A stretch of 64,000 nucleotides of DNA from Eledone cirrhosa (lineage: Eukaryota). The stretch covers positions 70,618,001-70,682,000 of the forward strand of contig OZ024744.1 in the NCBI GenBank assembly GCA_964016885.1, written 5' to 3'. A program made the translations under genes and the position numbers. Positions 1-13,573 of this stretch are shown here, in pieces (positions within the stretch are counted from its first letter, which is position 1; each line of letters starts with the position of its first letter). The notes below the pieces were generated by a model that saw only the letters and a program-made list of their open reading frames with translations, was not told the origin of the DNA and did no database searches.

Positions 1-31
1 TATTTCTAAACACAATATATATATATATATA

Positions 32-690
32 GTGAAAAATGGAACGGGAACAAAACAAAGAGGCAGTACGAACAAAGGTTTATTAGTTTCACGCTCTAGA
101 GAGTGGGGGGGGGGGCGTTTCGGGCATAAGCCCTTCTTCAGGAGAGAAGTGGGTGGGAAGAGAGTTCCGAGGGTGTGTAGGGGAGTGGAGGAGAGACATT
201 TAGAAAAAAAGTGGGGGGGGGGGAAACACGGTGGAAGGGGTACAAATAAAAATTAAAAAAATAAAAATAAAAATAAACATGAAGGGTGTAGGGGTGGTGG
301 CGGGTGGAATGGGGGAGAGGGAGGCGGGGAGGGCTGAAGGTGGTGTATGTGTGTAGGTGTACGTGTGTGTGTGTGAATGTGAGAGTTGGGGGAAGAACGA
401 GGTTCCATGTTCAGGTAAAGGTGTGTGTGTGAGGTGGGGTGTAGGTCGGTGTGTGTGCGCGTGTGGATGGAGGGAGGATTCCGGAGGCTGAGTGTGTATA
501 TATGTGGGGGTATGCACGTGTGTGTGGTGTTTATACGTTTTGTGGATGTAGGTGGCGTGGAGAAATACATGTATATATACACCACTAACAACTACATGCA
601 TACATTCCTTCCATATATATGTGTGTATATTCATCACCATCAGTTTATGTTCTCTTTGGAGAGGTTGTCACAGTCCGAGACTAGAAAGAT

Positions 691-700
<10 letters not shown>
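32..700 (-). mobile_element. Penelope-like pLTR relic with hammerhead core CTGAAGA-A-GGGC-TTAT-GCCC-GAAAC (141-117) followed by AATAAA
   Basis: Core and stem II match the motif typical of animal Penelope hammerheads; stems I/III are broken; surrounded by low-complexity sequence and (TA)n. Confidence 0.4.
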
Positions 701-726
<26 letters not shown>

Positions 727-777
727 CAAAGGACCGTGACAAATGGAGAGATGCTGTGCTGAATAGTAGTTATAGTA

Positions 778-817
<40 letters not shown>

Positions 818-979
818 ACATTGTTATTGGGGTTGGTTATTTGTATTAAAGATGAGTTACAATATTGGAGTAACTCTAAATATGACTAGGTCTCCAGGCG
901 ACCATACAGACTTTCTTCTTTATTTCAAATACGGAAAGCCAACACCAATTCACCTCCCACCTCTCCCAAAGTATTCATC

Positions 980-3320
980 TTCCTTTCCCTCATATGGTAA
1001 GCTCTAAAACTTCAGAGCTGCCACCATCAATGTTAGATATGAGGAAAGGAAGATGAGGAGAGATTGTAGTGATGCTAAAATGAAAGAAAGTGTATGACTG
1101 TAGTGAACAAGAGACTAGATGGAGTGGAACGTCAGCTACTCATTGTGGGCAAATTTTTCTGGATGTATAATGAAAATGGTCTGGGTGGAGTAGGTATTAT
1201 GTTAGCTGAAAAATGGATAGATAAGGTAGTTGCTGTAAATGTTGTGAATGACAGAATAATTAAACTTAGACTAGTCCTAAATAGAATAATTGTAACAGTT
1301 ATATCTGCTTATGCACCTCAATTTGGACTGTCAGATGAACTAAAAGAACTGTCAGATGAACTTTAAAGATCCTTAATGCATACTACTTCCCTAATGAAAG
1401 ACAAGCATAGAAAGAATGACAGAATGAGGGAAGCAGATAATATTACCAGGATGCTAGGAGAGAAGGTAGTCAACAAGTATACTTGCAGGGAAATGGAAAA
1501 TAAAAAATGTATGCATGTTTTGTGTCATAAGAACTAAAAAGCAGGAAGTATTCAGTGATGTAATTGAGAAGTGTATCTGATATGATAATGGCATACTTGC
1601 CTTCACCAATGCCGAAAAGAAAGTAGTACAGAAGTGCCATTATGAAAAACTACTGAATGAGAAGAATGCATAGGAGGAAGATAGTCTACTCCAAGTGGAC
1701 CCAACAGAGGGGCTAGCCATACAAGTCAGCAGCAGCATAGTAAGGCATTTAATGATATAAAGACAGACAAAGCAGCTGAACCATCGCATATGGTGGATAT
1801 GGTGGGTCACAACTTAACCACCAGTATTGCAAATCAAGTAATACAGAATGGTGTCATACCCAATGACTGGCATAGCAGCATCATTGTTAACTGCTACAAA
1901 GGCAAAGGAGATGCATTTGACAGCGAAAACTATAGAGGCATCAAGTTGATGGACCAGGTCATGAAGATCACCGAAAGAGTTATAGCACAGCTAATTAGAG
2001 ACTGAGTTAACCTAGATGAGATGCAGTTTGGATTTATTTCCCTGTGAGGCAACTAGCTAAAAGTAAGCCCTTCTACTAAGAGAGAAGTCTGCACTGGTTT
2101 GTACATGTGATGTGTTTGAAGGATGGCAGGTGCATAAGGAAGTACAGGGCTCTCAAAGTTGATAGAAAGTGTGGAAAAGTTAAGGCCAGAAAAACTTGAA
2201 ACGATGTGGTCAAGATTGACCTCATGAAACTGAATCTCACAAAGGAGATGATATTGGACTGAGTCAAATGGAGATATGTCATACTGCAGAAGATTGCCTC
2301 CTCACCCAGGTTGGATAAAACATAACCAGTCTTCCTCCTTATCCACCTAGGCCTACCTCCCATTCATATCCCTGATTCCTCCTCCCTCACCCAATCAGAC
2401 CAACATGGAAAGACAGATGCACCTTCAGCAGGGCACTGCCAGATGTCGCCCTCTTTTGTTCAAGACTACCTCTGTAGTCCATTACTCACTACCCCACTCA
2501 TACCCCTAATTTCCCCACCCTCTTCTTTGACCAAACCTACCAAAATGGAATGTAGGAAGTCACCCTTTCCATTCCCCAAGTGTACCTCCAGACATCACTA
2601 TAAGGTCACTTCTGTCAATTATCTTCCTTGGTAAGAAATATGTAGACCCCCTCACAGAACCTTTCTAACCTTGCCAAGGACATCACAACATCACATAAGT
2701 CACCAATTTTAAGGCCATTCTGCAAACAACATGCATCCCCGCCCCTCACTATAATCTTCCTTGTTCCTATCACTCCTTCCCAACCAGGCAAACTCTATAG
2801 AGCATAAACAAGTCAGAAAGATGGATATATCCTCTGACCTATTTTCTGTCAGGCGTAAACACCTCTGACCTGTGTTTAGCCTCTCCCAAGGGGTTAGTCT
2901 CCTGAGCGTAAACAAATTACCACGGCTTGTCCCAGAGGCGGGAAAGCTCAGATTCGGTTTCAAATCTTCGCCGCCGTTATAACACAACAAAAAGCACCCA
3001 GTCCTCCCTGTAAGGTGGTAGTGCTAGTGCCATGACAAAAAGTACCGAGTTCACCTTGTATGGTAGGAATGCTGGTGACACAACAAAAAGCACCCAGTGC
3101 ATCATATAAGGTAGTAGGGTTGATGCCACAACAAAAAGTACCTAGTCCACCCTGTAAGATGGCTGGCAATAAGAAGGGCATCCAGCCATAGAAAAACCAA
3201 AAATCAGATTGTACAAGCAAGGTATGGTCACCTGACCTCTCTAACTTCATATCATGACAACCCATTTAACCCATGCAAGCATGGAAAATAGATGTTAAAC
3301 ATGGTGTTGATAATGATGAT
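980..3320 (+). mobile_element. Decayed RTE-type LINE (APE endonuclease fragment, RT fragment, 3' UTR with 45-bp repeats, ATG-rich tail)
   Basis: ORF 1094-1366 GVGIMLAEKW...VISAYAPQ (endonuclease); 1790-2005 YKGKGDA...NYRGIKLMD (RT); many stops and frameshifts. Confidence 0.85.
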
Positions 3321-3499
3321 TACACACAAATACACACACATATATCATCATAATTATACATAGAGGTGTCCTACCAAAATGTATATACACTTTGATTACC
3401 TGTACAGGAATACAGGAAATATTAGAATGTACAGCCTTTGTGCATACATTTTTCTATATACATATATACACACACATACATATATATATTCACACACAA

Positions 3500-3532
<33 letters not shown>

Positions 3533-4049
3533 TATATATACATACTTTTTATTTATACACACACATATATGTATATATACACATATATGGATTTTTATAT
3601 ACACACAAGTATATTTATACACATAAGTTTATATACATACATGTATACACACATATATATATATACATGTATTTCTATATACATACATATATTTATATAT
3701 ACAATATATATACACACACGTATCTCTCTCTATATATACACACACACTCATATATTTATTGATGAGGAAAGGCTTCATACATATAGCAGAGTCGTATGCA
3801 TTATACGTAAATAGGGTGATTGGAACTTGAGTTTCACCGAAGCCAACCGCTAATTCGTCCAGCCGGGATGAGTTAGTTGTCGACTTCGGTGAAACGTCAG
3901 TACCGGTAACCCAAGATACATATGATATATGTGTGTGTTTATGTATATAGACAGATAAACAAATAGACATACAAAGATGGTGAAAGTGAGTAAAATAGAG
4001 AGAAAGAGTGTGTGAGTTTTAAAGATTCATTCACCCCCATTCCTTCACA

Positions 4050-4143
4050 CTGACTTTCACTCGAGTGAGTGCTCGCGATCATAACGCCCTCTCGCGTCAA
4101 GTCACGTCACACGAAATGTATATTGCGCATTAGAAAATGGCGG
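4050..4143 (+). promoter_or_regulatory. CpG-rich housekeeping-type promoter
   Basis: Local CpG cluster with two CTCGCG (BANP/Kaiso-like) half sites, GTCACGTCAC (CRE/E-box-like), TGCGCA and AAAATGGCGG (YY1 motif overlapping the ATG), followed by a consensus GTAAGT donor at 4224. Confidence 0.6.
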
Positions 4144-4223
4144 ATACTTCCCATTTTGGGAAGAAATCAGCTACAAAGATAAGAATTTCTACCGCCCTGG
4201 GACCTGATACAGCACGTAATCGG
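4137..4223 (+). CDS. Putative first coding exon of an unidentified small gene (MADTSHFGKKSATKIRISTALGPDTARNR)
   Basis: AAAATGG Kozak context, 29 open codons, CGG|GTAAGT donor, directly after promoter motifs. No homology recognised; could be a non-coding first exon. Confidence 0.5.
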
Positions 4224-4379
4224 GTAAGTCCGATTCCAGGATTCTTCACCTATGTATTTATTATGTTTTTATTGTAATTATTTGTATATTTCCTTTTTGG
4301 TTTCTCTTTCTTCATACGTCCTAGCTTGCTCTGTCATCTGGTCTGAATCGTCCCACCAGGCGGACGTGTCCGTAAATTT

Positions 4380-5310
4380 ACCCCTAATTTTTGGTTGTTT
4401 AACTCCCGCCATGTCACCTCCGTTTGAGTAGACAGAGTTCTGACGCATTCCTGTCGTGACCACCTCCACATGCCGTTGCTTTTTACCCGATAAGTGTAGT
4501 GTATTTAGAATATTAGCTAATGTGTCCTGTCCGTGTGTCCTTCCTTGTTGTTGTTGTTTAACCCTAGGCCGAACTATATTCAGGCTTACAGGTTCATTCG
4601 GCTTTCCAGCCGTGGCAACAACCATTCAAGTGTTTTTTTTGTTAAATATAGTATAATCAGAAGTATTTTTAGGTAATTTGTCGGTGTCCTTCCTTGTTGT
4701 TGTTTAACCCGCGGTTCAGCTCCGAGAAAGTAGGTAGTCCCAAGGCTTTCCAGACATGGCCAACACCATACGCATCTGTGTTTTACTTGCTAGGTATAGT
4801 GCATCCTGGAGGATATTAGCTAATGAGCACTTCCTTGTTTTTTAACACCAGGTCAGGTTAGTCGATTTTTTTGTTCTGCTTGACAGTCTCTTAAGACGTT
4901 CCAGATGTGGCCATCACGCTTTCCGGAACTTTTTTTCTTTTTCGCTTTAGTGCATCTAGGAGTATAATAGCTAATGTGCACTGTCAGGTTACCCGAGTTG
5001 TGTTCTAGTTGACAGTGTCTAAAGACGTTCCAGATGTGGCCATCACCATTTCCGGAACTTTTTATTTCCTTACTAACTATATTGTATTTAGAAGTATATT
5101 AACTATTACGACCTGTCCTTCCGTGTTGTTGTTTAATCATAGGTCAGGTAAGTTCGGTTCGGGCGATCAGACGTGAGGGTTGTACCAGCGGCGGCAGACC
5201 TTCGTTTCAGCCCCTCCGCCCATTTTTTTCAAAGCATAGTATATCTTCGACTACATTATTTAATGTCCTTCACTGTTGTTATTTAGCCCTAGGTCGAACT
5301 AGCCTGATCT
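4380..5310. repeat. Diverged tandem array, about 7 units of ~140-160 bp
   Basis: Recurring TCCTTCCTTGTTGTTGTTTAACCC..GG / TTCCAG..GTGGCCA / TATAGTGTAT.TAG..TATTAGCTAATG, with TTTAA-type anchors near 4398, 4557, 4703, 4841, 5132 and 5282. Confidence 0.8.
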
Positions 5311-6035
5311 AGGTGACTGCTTATATGTTCGTTTTTAGACCGTGTATATGCTGTGTATGTTATATATATATATATAAACACACACATGAATATATATATA
5401 TGCAAGCAAGGAAAAGCGGACGTAAAATGATGATATATATATATGAGGTGACTGCTTATAGGTTCGTTTTAGACAGTATATATGCTGTGTATGTTATATA
5501 TATGTATATATATATACACACACACATTTATAAATATATATATATGAACGATCACTATATATAAGTGATTATATCAATATACATCAACTCTCTCTCCCTC
5601 TCATTTATTTAATGAATGTGTATGTATATATAATGTGGGTGTGGATGTGTATTTTGCCACCATGGTGCAAAAGTGAATATTTGTTTTTATGTGACTAATG
5701 TGATTCTTTTACGATGATATATATATATATACGTACGTGTATATATATTTATATATAATATGCGTGTAAGGTGCAAGGGTCTAAATAAATACGTATATAT
5801 AGTAATGTGTGTCGAATTTAAAGATATATATATATACTGTATATATTATATTAGTTTAATGAAAATAACTTTTTGCAGGACTAGTTTTTCTTCCTTGTTG
5901 AAGATATATTCTAAAATTTATATAAATTTTGCAATAATGTGTGTGTGTTTGTCTTTCAACTTCGGCCATGCTGGAGTGGTGGCCTATATATTTATATATA
6001 ATATATGTGTGCGTGCGTGTGTATTTACACACATG

Positions 6036-6091
<56 letters not shown>

Positions 6092-6145
6092 GTGTGTATT
6101 ATGTATGTGTATATATATATATAATGTATATGAATTCCTTATTTG

Positions 6146-6184
<39 letters not shown>

Positions 6185-6363
6185 GCATTCAGTTATGTCT
6201 GAAAATGTTTTCGGAATCAAAAGTAAATATGCAAGTACAAATAAGGAATTCTCCCTTTAACATCTGTCCGTTCGTTCTATTAGCTTGTCCCAACCAAAAC
6301 CGTATGTGTGTATTCCTTACTTAAATTTTCTGTTTTCTCTGTATCTGTAAAAACCTGGATTAG

Positions 6364-6421
6364 ACGGGTCGAGATTCTGAGACCAAATATGTTGGGATAA
6401 CCGGGTCTTTCTCATATTTTG
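6364..6421 (+). CDS. Putative exon 2 of the small gene (TGRDSETKYVGITGSFSYF + G)
   Basis: First AG after a pyrimidine tract, open in phase 0, TTG|GTATGA donor; non-repeat CpG-containing sequence. Acceptor is weak. Confidence 0.3.
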
Positions 6422-6537
6422 GTATGATTTCTACGGGTGGATGTCCTTCATAATGCCAACCACATTACATAGTGTACAGGTTATATTGTATTTTCGCATC
6501 AGCCCTATATCTATTTGTCTATATATGTATAGGTGTT

Positions 6538-6569
<32 letters not shown>

Positions 6570-6589
6570 TGTATGTATGTATAATCAAT

Positions 6590-8900
6590 CGTCGTTTTAT
6601 ATATGTTTTCCATGTTTGCATGGGTTAAATCAGTGGTTCCCAACCTTTTGTGTCCCATGTCCCACCTCAACATCTCAAATATTTTTATGCTCCACTTTGA
6701 TATAAAAACAGCGATGATCAACTACAAAGTGTAAACAAATTGACGTATGGGTGGTGTCAGATGTACAATAACGTGTGGATGAGATAAGACAGGAGTTTTC
6801 GACCATAATTTGTTCTAAATTTGTCTTGGTGTAAAATTAATAAGGAAAAATCTGAAGTTTGTTCTCATTAACATCATTTTCAAATTGCCCCCGCCTCTTG
6901 TGGGCCGTGCGCCCTATATTGGGAATCACTGGCTTAGATGAATTTTCATGTTTTGAGGCTAAACATGTCAGTTGACCACATCTCTCTCATACATCCTGTT
7001 CTGGAGTGTGTTTTATGATGGTGCCATCCCTACCATTTGACAGGGTAGATTGGGTGATTTTTGTTTTTATTGTGGCACTACAATTATCACTTTTAGCATT
7101 TTATCGTGGCACCAGCACTATCACTTTACAGTATGGGCCGAGTGCATTTTATCATGGCACTAGCACTATCACTTTACAGTATGGGCTGAGTGCATTTTAT
7201 CTGGCACCAGTGGTGCCACATCTCAACGTTAGGGCGCTTGTGTTTTTGCTCAGGTTGGGAGGGCAGTGATAGGGTGTGCGGTGGGATGAGAGCGTTAGGT
7301 GCGTAGGTTACTTGCTGATGGGTTGGCCCTAAGGAGAGTGAGTGATGTCTGGGGACATTGTGGGTTTTTCATGCTGGCATGGTTTGATGAAGAGATGGGA
7401 TTTGTAAATAAATTATAGTGTGTGAATAGGGTCATAGGTGTGGTCTTGGGGGAGGGGGAGTGTATGAGCAGTGAGTGGCAGTACAGTTTAGGTACATCCA
7501 TCTTACCATGTTGGTATGGACTGGGCAGAAATGTCGATGTGAAGAAGACTAAGGTGGAGGACTGGTAAGACAATGACAGAAGGAGGAGAGATCAAGTGTG
7601 TGAGGGAGAAGACTTGGTCAAGGAGGGGCGATGGCTCATTTCATCTTGCGTGAAATATGAGTCTTCTCTAATATGGGTATATCACTAGTTGACTCAATTC
7701 TGAGCTCCAACTTTTTTAGATTAGCTTTCACCACATCATCCCATGTTTTTCTATGTCTTCTTCTTTTACAGGTTCTTTCAACTTTGACTGTCCTGCACTT
7801 CTTAACGCAGCTCTCATCCACTATATGCATCGCCTTGCCATATCAACATAGTTTTTTCTATTGTTCAATTCATCCAATCTTTCTTAAGCCCAGTTTTTCT
7901 CTCAGCCCATTAATGCTTTGTCATTCATATACACTCCTATTACACATTAATTGAATCATGTTTGCCTCATTTCTTTCCAGGCTTTGTAGATCCTCTGCAT
8001 TCAATGCCCACATCTTGCTTCCATGTCGCATTGCAGTTTTCACACAGGCGTCATGCAATCTGCATTTTGTTTTGAAGGAAAAACTCTTTGTAGCCAACAG
8101 AGGTAGCAACTCCCTCAACTTTATTAAACCCATTTTCATAGTGCTTTCAGAACACCCATTGCCACTACTAATTAGGTCACTCATGTAGCAGACCATTTTA
8201 GAATTTGGTAATGTCTGTTTCTTGAGAGTGCTTGCTGTTTATTGCTCCTGTGCATCTGCCTCATTTGAAATTTACATTCTTCTTTAGCCTGCCTGAGATC
8301 CCACTACATTTCTTGTGTACTCAGTTTACACTAAAGTACACAATATGGAACTCCTGCCAACTTTTCTGCATACAGAACATGGTCATTTTCCTGATGGAAT
8401 CCGTGTTCTTTTCCTGCTTTCTGGGATTTTAGTCTTTGCTTTGCTTCCATATCTCTAATTCTGTCATGGATTATGTTATAACAACTAGGTCATCAACATA
8501 CAGGACTTCCCAGGGGCACCCAGTCTTAAAGTCCTCCATTATGGCCAGGAGGACTATAATTAACAAGGAAGGATTGATCCTTGGTGGACCCCCCCCTCCG
8601 CCCAACTTATATGCTAAATTCCTCACCGTACTCATTATTAACTCTTAACTTTGCTGATTGCATCTTTATACATGGTGTGTATGACCCACATTTAGCTAAT
8701 GTATCTCTACCTTTTTGAATAGCCCACCAGATTATAAAACAGGACCCCTGTTAAAAAGCTTTCTCCAGGTCAACGAATGCTAAGTAGAGTGGCTTGTTCT
8801 TAGCTAAATACCCCCTGTTGTCTCACAAGGAAGGTGGTATCAATAGTACCTCTTCCAGGGACAAAGTCAAATTGCATCTCTTCCAGGTTAATTCTATTTC
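6590..8900 (-). mobile_element. Decayed RTE-type LINE (RT to 3' UTR)
   Basis: Fragments AFVDLEKAF, FRELLPLL-like, HGS.TWAL, KTWDDVVK on the minus strand; 45-bp 3' UTR repeats at 7080-7210. Confidence 0.8.
6631..6931. mobile_element. hAT/Charlie-type MITE inserted in a SINE/LINE tail
   Basis: TIRs CAGTGGTTCCCAA / TTGGGAATCACTG; degenerate 8-bp TSD GGTTAAAT / GCTTAGAT. Confidence 0.75.
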
Positions 8901-9099
8901 TAATCAGCTTTCATTACCTCTGCCCATGTCTTTTTTGGTCTTCCTCTTCAACTTCCTGCCACTTTCTTTATCCTGTGATCATTATCCCTGTGCCTTATGT
9001 ATTTGCACCAACAATTTTCCCCTCATTTCTTTTGTTTCATTGTTCCTGCATTTTGTCAATACACATCCAGCTGAGCATGTGTGCTTAATTTCTTAGTAG

Positions 9100-9950
9100 C
9101 CTTCATATATTGCCTTTTATTTAGTGTCCATGTCTCACTGCAGCATTGCATTGTGTATGCAGGTATCATACAATCTGCTCTTCCTTTAGTAAGAGAATCT
9201 TTTCATTACCAGCAGAAGTAGTTGCTCCCTTAATATTTGTTGGTCCTATTTTTATTCTAGCTACTATACTTTCAGAGCAACCGCCTCCAATGTTACTTAG
9301 GTCACCTAGTTAACAGGAACTATCAACTACTTCTTTGGATTGCTCTTCCTTCAGAAAGAGAATCTCTTCATTACACCTGAAGTTTTAGCTCCCTAGACAC
9401 TTTTTTATCCTATTTTTATTCTAGCTACTATACTTTCAGAGCAACCTCCTCCACTGTTACTTAGATCACCTAGTTAGATCAGAAAAAAGTTTATTTCAGT
9501 GATACTCTTACTACTAATCGACTTTCTACAAACAAAGTCTTCTTTTTTTGTTAACCTGCATGTGATGTCACAATACTATTTCATCATCATCATCGTTTAG
9601 CATCCGTTTTCTCTGCTACGCCAGTCATCAGATATTACCTGGTTGACTAAGCATATGACTAGCTCAAGCACTGCGTCTCCAGATATTTTCAAGATCTCAG
9701 TAACTATCTCACACGACACAGTGGCTTTTCCTTTCTTCATATCCCCGATGACCCCTTTAACTATATAACTGTCAATCTCAATAACTTGTCCTTCTGTTGG
9801 GTTTACTGGGTGTAGACTTTTCTCCATCCATATTTTCTTCACATTTAGTAACCTCTCATAATATTCCTAAGCTTCTGATCATCAGTAAGGCTGCACCAGA
9901 ATTATTCCTGAAATGCTGCCTTGTAATCTGGAACATACATGCGTGTGTGT

Positions 9951-9988
<38 letters not shown>

Positions 9989-12380
9989 CATCATCACTGT
10001 TAACATACAGGTGGGGTGAGATTTAGTAGGATGATAGGTAAAAAAATGGGTGTGGTGGTAATCTCAGATAGTGGAAGAGTGCAGTGATCATGAGAATAAT
10101 TACTAAAAAGTGTTAAATGGGTTGGGTATGGACAAGCCAGAAATCATATCCAGTATGTGGTTGCCATAGTATTGTAGAGTGGAGGTGGGGTGATAATGAA
10201 AATTGTTACTGAAGAGCAATGATGGCAGGGTCAGTTATAAACGGGTCAGGCTATATCTGCTCAGAGGATGCGTTAAATGAAGGAGATGGATTTTAGCAGT
10301 AGGCAAGTCTTCTCCAGTATAGCATGTCACCAATCACCCTTTTGTGAGATTAAGCTTTTTTAAGTTGGATTTCACTTCTTCATCCCATGTTTTCATACGC
10401 CTACTTCTTCCATGTGTCCTATCCAGTGAAATTTCTCTGCATTTCTTTATGCACCTGTCTTCCATAAGTATCACATGTCCATACTAGCACAGTCTTCTTG
10501 TGCTCTACATCAAATTGCTCCTATACAGAGGTTTTTACTCATGTAACATTGTTCATGCATACTAACATTACACATCAACTGGAGCATACTCACTTCATTT
10601 CTTTCTAGCCTTCGCTGATCTTCAGCCAAGGTCCATGTTTCACTGACATGTAGCATTGTAATTTGTATGCAAACATAAAAGTTTACCTTTCACTCACAGA
10701 GAGAAGCTTTTTATTGTCTGCAGAGATACTAGCTCCCTAAACTTCTACTGTAGTTCATTCTTATTCTGGCTACTACATTCTCTGAGCATCTTCGCCCATT
10801 GCTGATTAGGTAGATAACAAAAGCTGTTAACAACATTGGAGGAGGGGGCCACCCTTGCACTTAAGGAAATTTATTTCACTTGGGCCCATGTGTTTATGAA
10901 TCATCATCATTTTTACATATACTTTTCCTTGCTTGCAAGGACTGAATGAGTCTTCTCCAGTACACCTTTTCTCCACTTGTCACATTCCTTCATCATCTCT
11001 GAATGTTTTTCATCTCGTTCTTATTCGAGCTACTGCGCTTTCAGAGCAACTTTCTTCACTGCTAATTAGATCACCTTAGTAACAGAAGCTATCAACTACT
11101 TCTATGGAACTTTCCCTTGTTTGGAAAAAAGTTTATTTCACAGGTGATTTTACTATTAACTGCTTCCATGCATCTGCCAGAAACAAAATGTCTTGCTAAG
11201 TTGCCTGTGATCCTTCAACATATCTTTTACACCCACAGTTTATATTGGATGTACTAAATAGAGTTTCTCCCTGATCCTTTTCTGCCAATTGAGGATGGCC
11301 AATTCCCTGTCTTTTCAAATTATTAAGACTTCGATCCCTGATAAGTTTATAAAGTCTTTTCAATGCTGTTTTGTATCTTCATCTTGAACTTTTCTAAATC
11401 TTTCACAGTTTCAGCTGTAAGTACCAAGCCATCTTGCATATAGGAGCTTCCATAGGTAGCCAGTCTTAAACTCCTGTTATAGTCTGGATAACTATATCAA
11501 ATAAGAGTAGACTGAGGACAAAACATTGAATACCAACCTGCACATTGACATATTGCCTACCCTCACTTTACTAATAGCTTCTCTGTCCATGGTGTGTACT
11601 GTTTTCACAAGCCACTCATTTACACGTAGTTTCCTTAAGGACCACCAGATGACAGATCGACATACTCTGTCAAAGGCTTTCGCTAGATTAGTGAAAGCTA
11701 GTGTCTTGGTAATAAGAGGACATTGGAGGTACTCCTTCCTGGGACAAAACCAAACTACATCTCATTTAATCTAATTCTTTCACTAATTAGTTGTGTTAAA
11801 ACTCTGCTGCTTTTATAACTTGATCCATCAGGTTAATGCTTCTGTAGCTGCTCCTTTTTTTAGCATTTCAAGACTGCCTTGTCACTCATTGGGTATGACA
11901 TCATGTATCACCTAGTTACTTCTCTGAATGTTCTCAGCGTCACAGAAATTATCTTTAATGGTTTCGTAGCTTTTCCCATTTTTGTATTTCTGGTGGCCTC
12001 TTTGACCTAATATGATAACTTCAATAGATCGATCTGCTAAGGAGAGTCCCCTTTTGCTTCCACTGATTTTCCATACTCAACAACCCCCTTTAGTAACATT
12101 TTCTTTCTTGTGAGGCTATGTGCACTGGAGTCATTCCAAAGATACTTTTCCCCAAAGATATCTTGATTCGCACATTTGATCCTCATATAGAACCTTTTGC
12201 TTTCTGCTTCTCACTGTGCTATCTAAACCTGCTGTCTTCTGGCTACTTGATATTGTTCTTTGCTATCCCCAGGCCTGCTTTTTAGCTTTAATAGCTCTAT
12301 TTAAATACTACTCTATCAGTAACTCACCTTTCATCTTGTGGGTACCTTGATCCAACTACAGACGTTGTCAGTAGTCAGCT
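9100..12380 (-). mobile_element. Cluster of old, fragmented RTE-type LINE copies
   Basis: Minus-strand remnants of the same RT and C-terminal regions (e.g. ORF 9597-9842 KKGKAT..IVTEILKISG; segment 10300-10850); heavily disrupted. Confidence 0.7.
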
Positions 12381-12769
12381 ACAGGTCATCACATATGAAA
12401 TTTGAACTTTTGTTTTGCTTTGCCAAGTGACTATAGATGATTCAAATCCATGTTTGTTTACATTTCTAGCCTAACTGTTAAGCTTTCTAAAAGACTGTAG
12501 GCAGTGACAAGAGCATTTTGGTGTAGTGGTTATCATGGTCATCCATCAAACAAGCAGATGTGTAGTTTGATTCATACAGGTATTATCTTTCCACTTTTTC
12601 TGTCTCCAGCAATAATTTTCCCCCAATTTATTCAAATATTTTGTAGTTAAACATCTGCTGCGGTAGCTTTGTAAAGCAAAGCACATGTTCAAATTTCATA
12701 TTTACCTGATGCTTTGTAGATGATTCGAATAACAGTGTGTTTATATATATGTGTGTGTGTAGTGGGATA

Positions 12770-13474
12770 ACAGGTAGACTAACAGGAAAAGAAGACTTTG
12801 TATGTAGATGTTCAGTGTTAATTGATAGTAACACTGACAATGGTATAGATACTTTCCAGGAAAGACCGATAGAAGCGGTTGATAACTTCTGCTATCTAGG
12901 TGATATAATTAGTAGTGAAGATGGGTGCTCTGAGAACATAGTAGTTAGAATAACAGGATGGAAGAAGTTTAGGGAACTACAACCTCCAATGACAAAGGTT
13001 TCTTCTTCCTTCGAATGAAAGGTCGCTTATGTGTCACCTGTGTGCGGCGAAGTGATATGCTGCATGGTTCTGAAACATGGGTAATGCAGAGGGTATGCGC
13101 AGGTTGGAGAGAAATGAAGCAAGCATGCTTTGATGGATGTGCAATGTTAATGTAAAAGAACGACAGAGGTTGGAGGAACTTAGAAAAACTGAGTAAAAGA
13201 GGAATCAAAAGTAGTGTACAAAAGAGAAGACTGCATTGGTATGGACATGTGATGTGATGGATGATGAATGCTGGGTGAAGAAGTGCCAAGAAATCTCAGT
13301 AGAAAAAAGCTGCAGTAGAGGAAAGCCAAGGAAGACCTGGGTAGAGGTGGTGTACAGCTGATCTCAGATTGTTGAAACTCACAGTGGAGATGACAAAGGA
13401 TCACAACATGGGGAGAGATGCTGTGCTGAAAAGCACCTGTCCAACAGAATGGATGTAAAAACAATGATAATGAT
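12770..13474 (+). mobile_element. 5'-truncated decayed RTE-type LINE 3' end
   Basis: VDNFCYLGDII...GWKKFREL, HGSETW, LHWYGHV remnants; ATG-rich tail. Confidence 0.85.
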
Positions 13475-13573
13475 GTGTATACATATCTGTTTATGTATCA
13501 AGCTCAACAAAAGTCATTAGTGGTGTGCCACTATGTTGGATCCACTTCTCTCGATTATTTACATTTATAACAG

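Noticed and set aside
2860-2980. GC-rich insert considered as an HDV-like ribozyme (RTE elements can carry them)
   Set aside because: Could not build the nested double pseudoknot (P1/P1.1/P2/P3) convincingly on either strand.
3392-3970. ORFs rich in Y/I/H/T or C/V (also 200-818, 5760-6324, 22474-22913 and others)
   Set aside because: Translations of (TA)n, (CA)n and (TATG)n microsatellites; no coding signal.
4278-4656. ORFs of 115 aa (-) and 66 aa (+) near the promoter
   Set aside because: They lie in the diverged tandem array of intron 1, with no splice or homology support.
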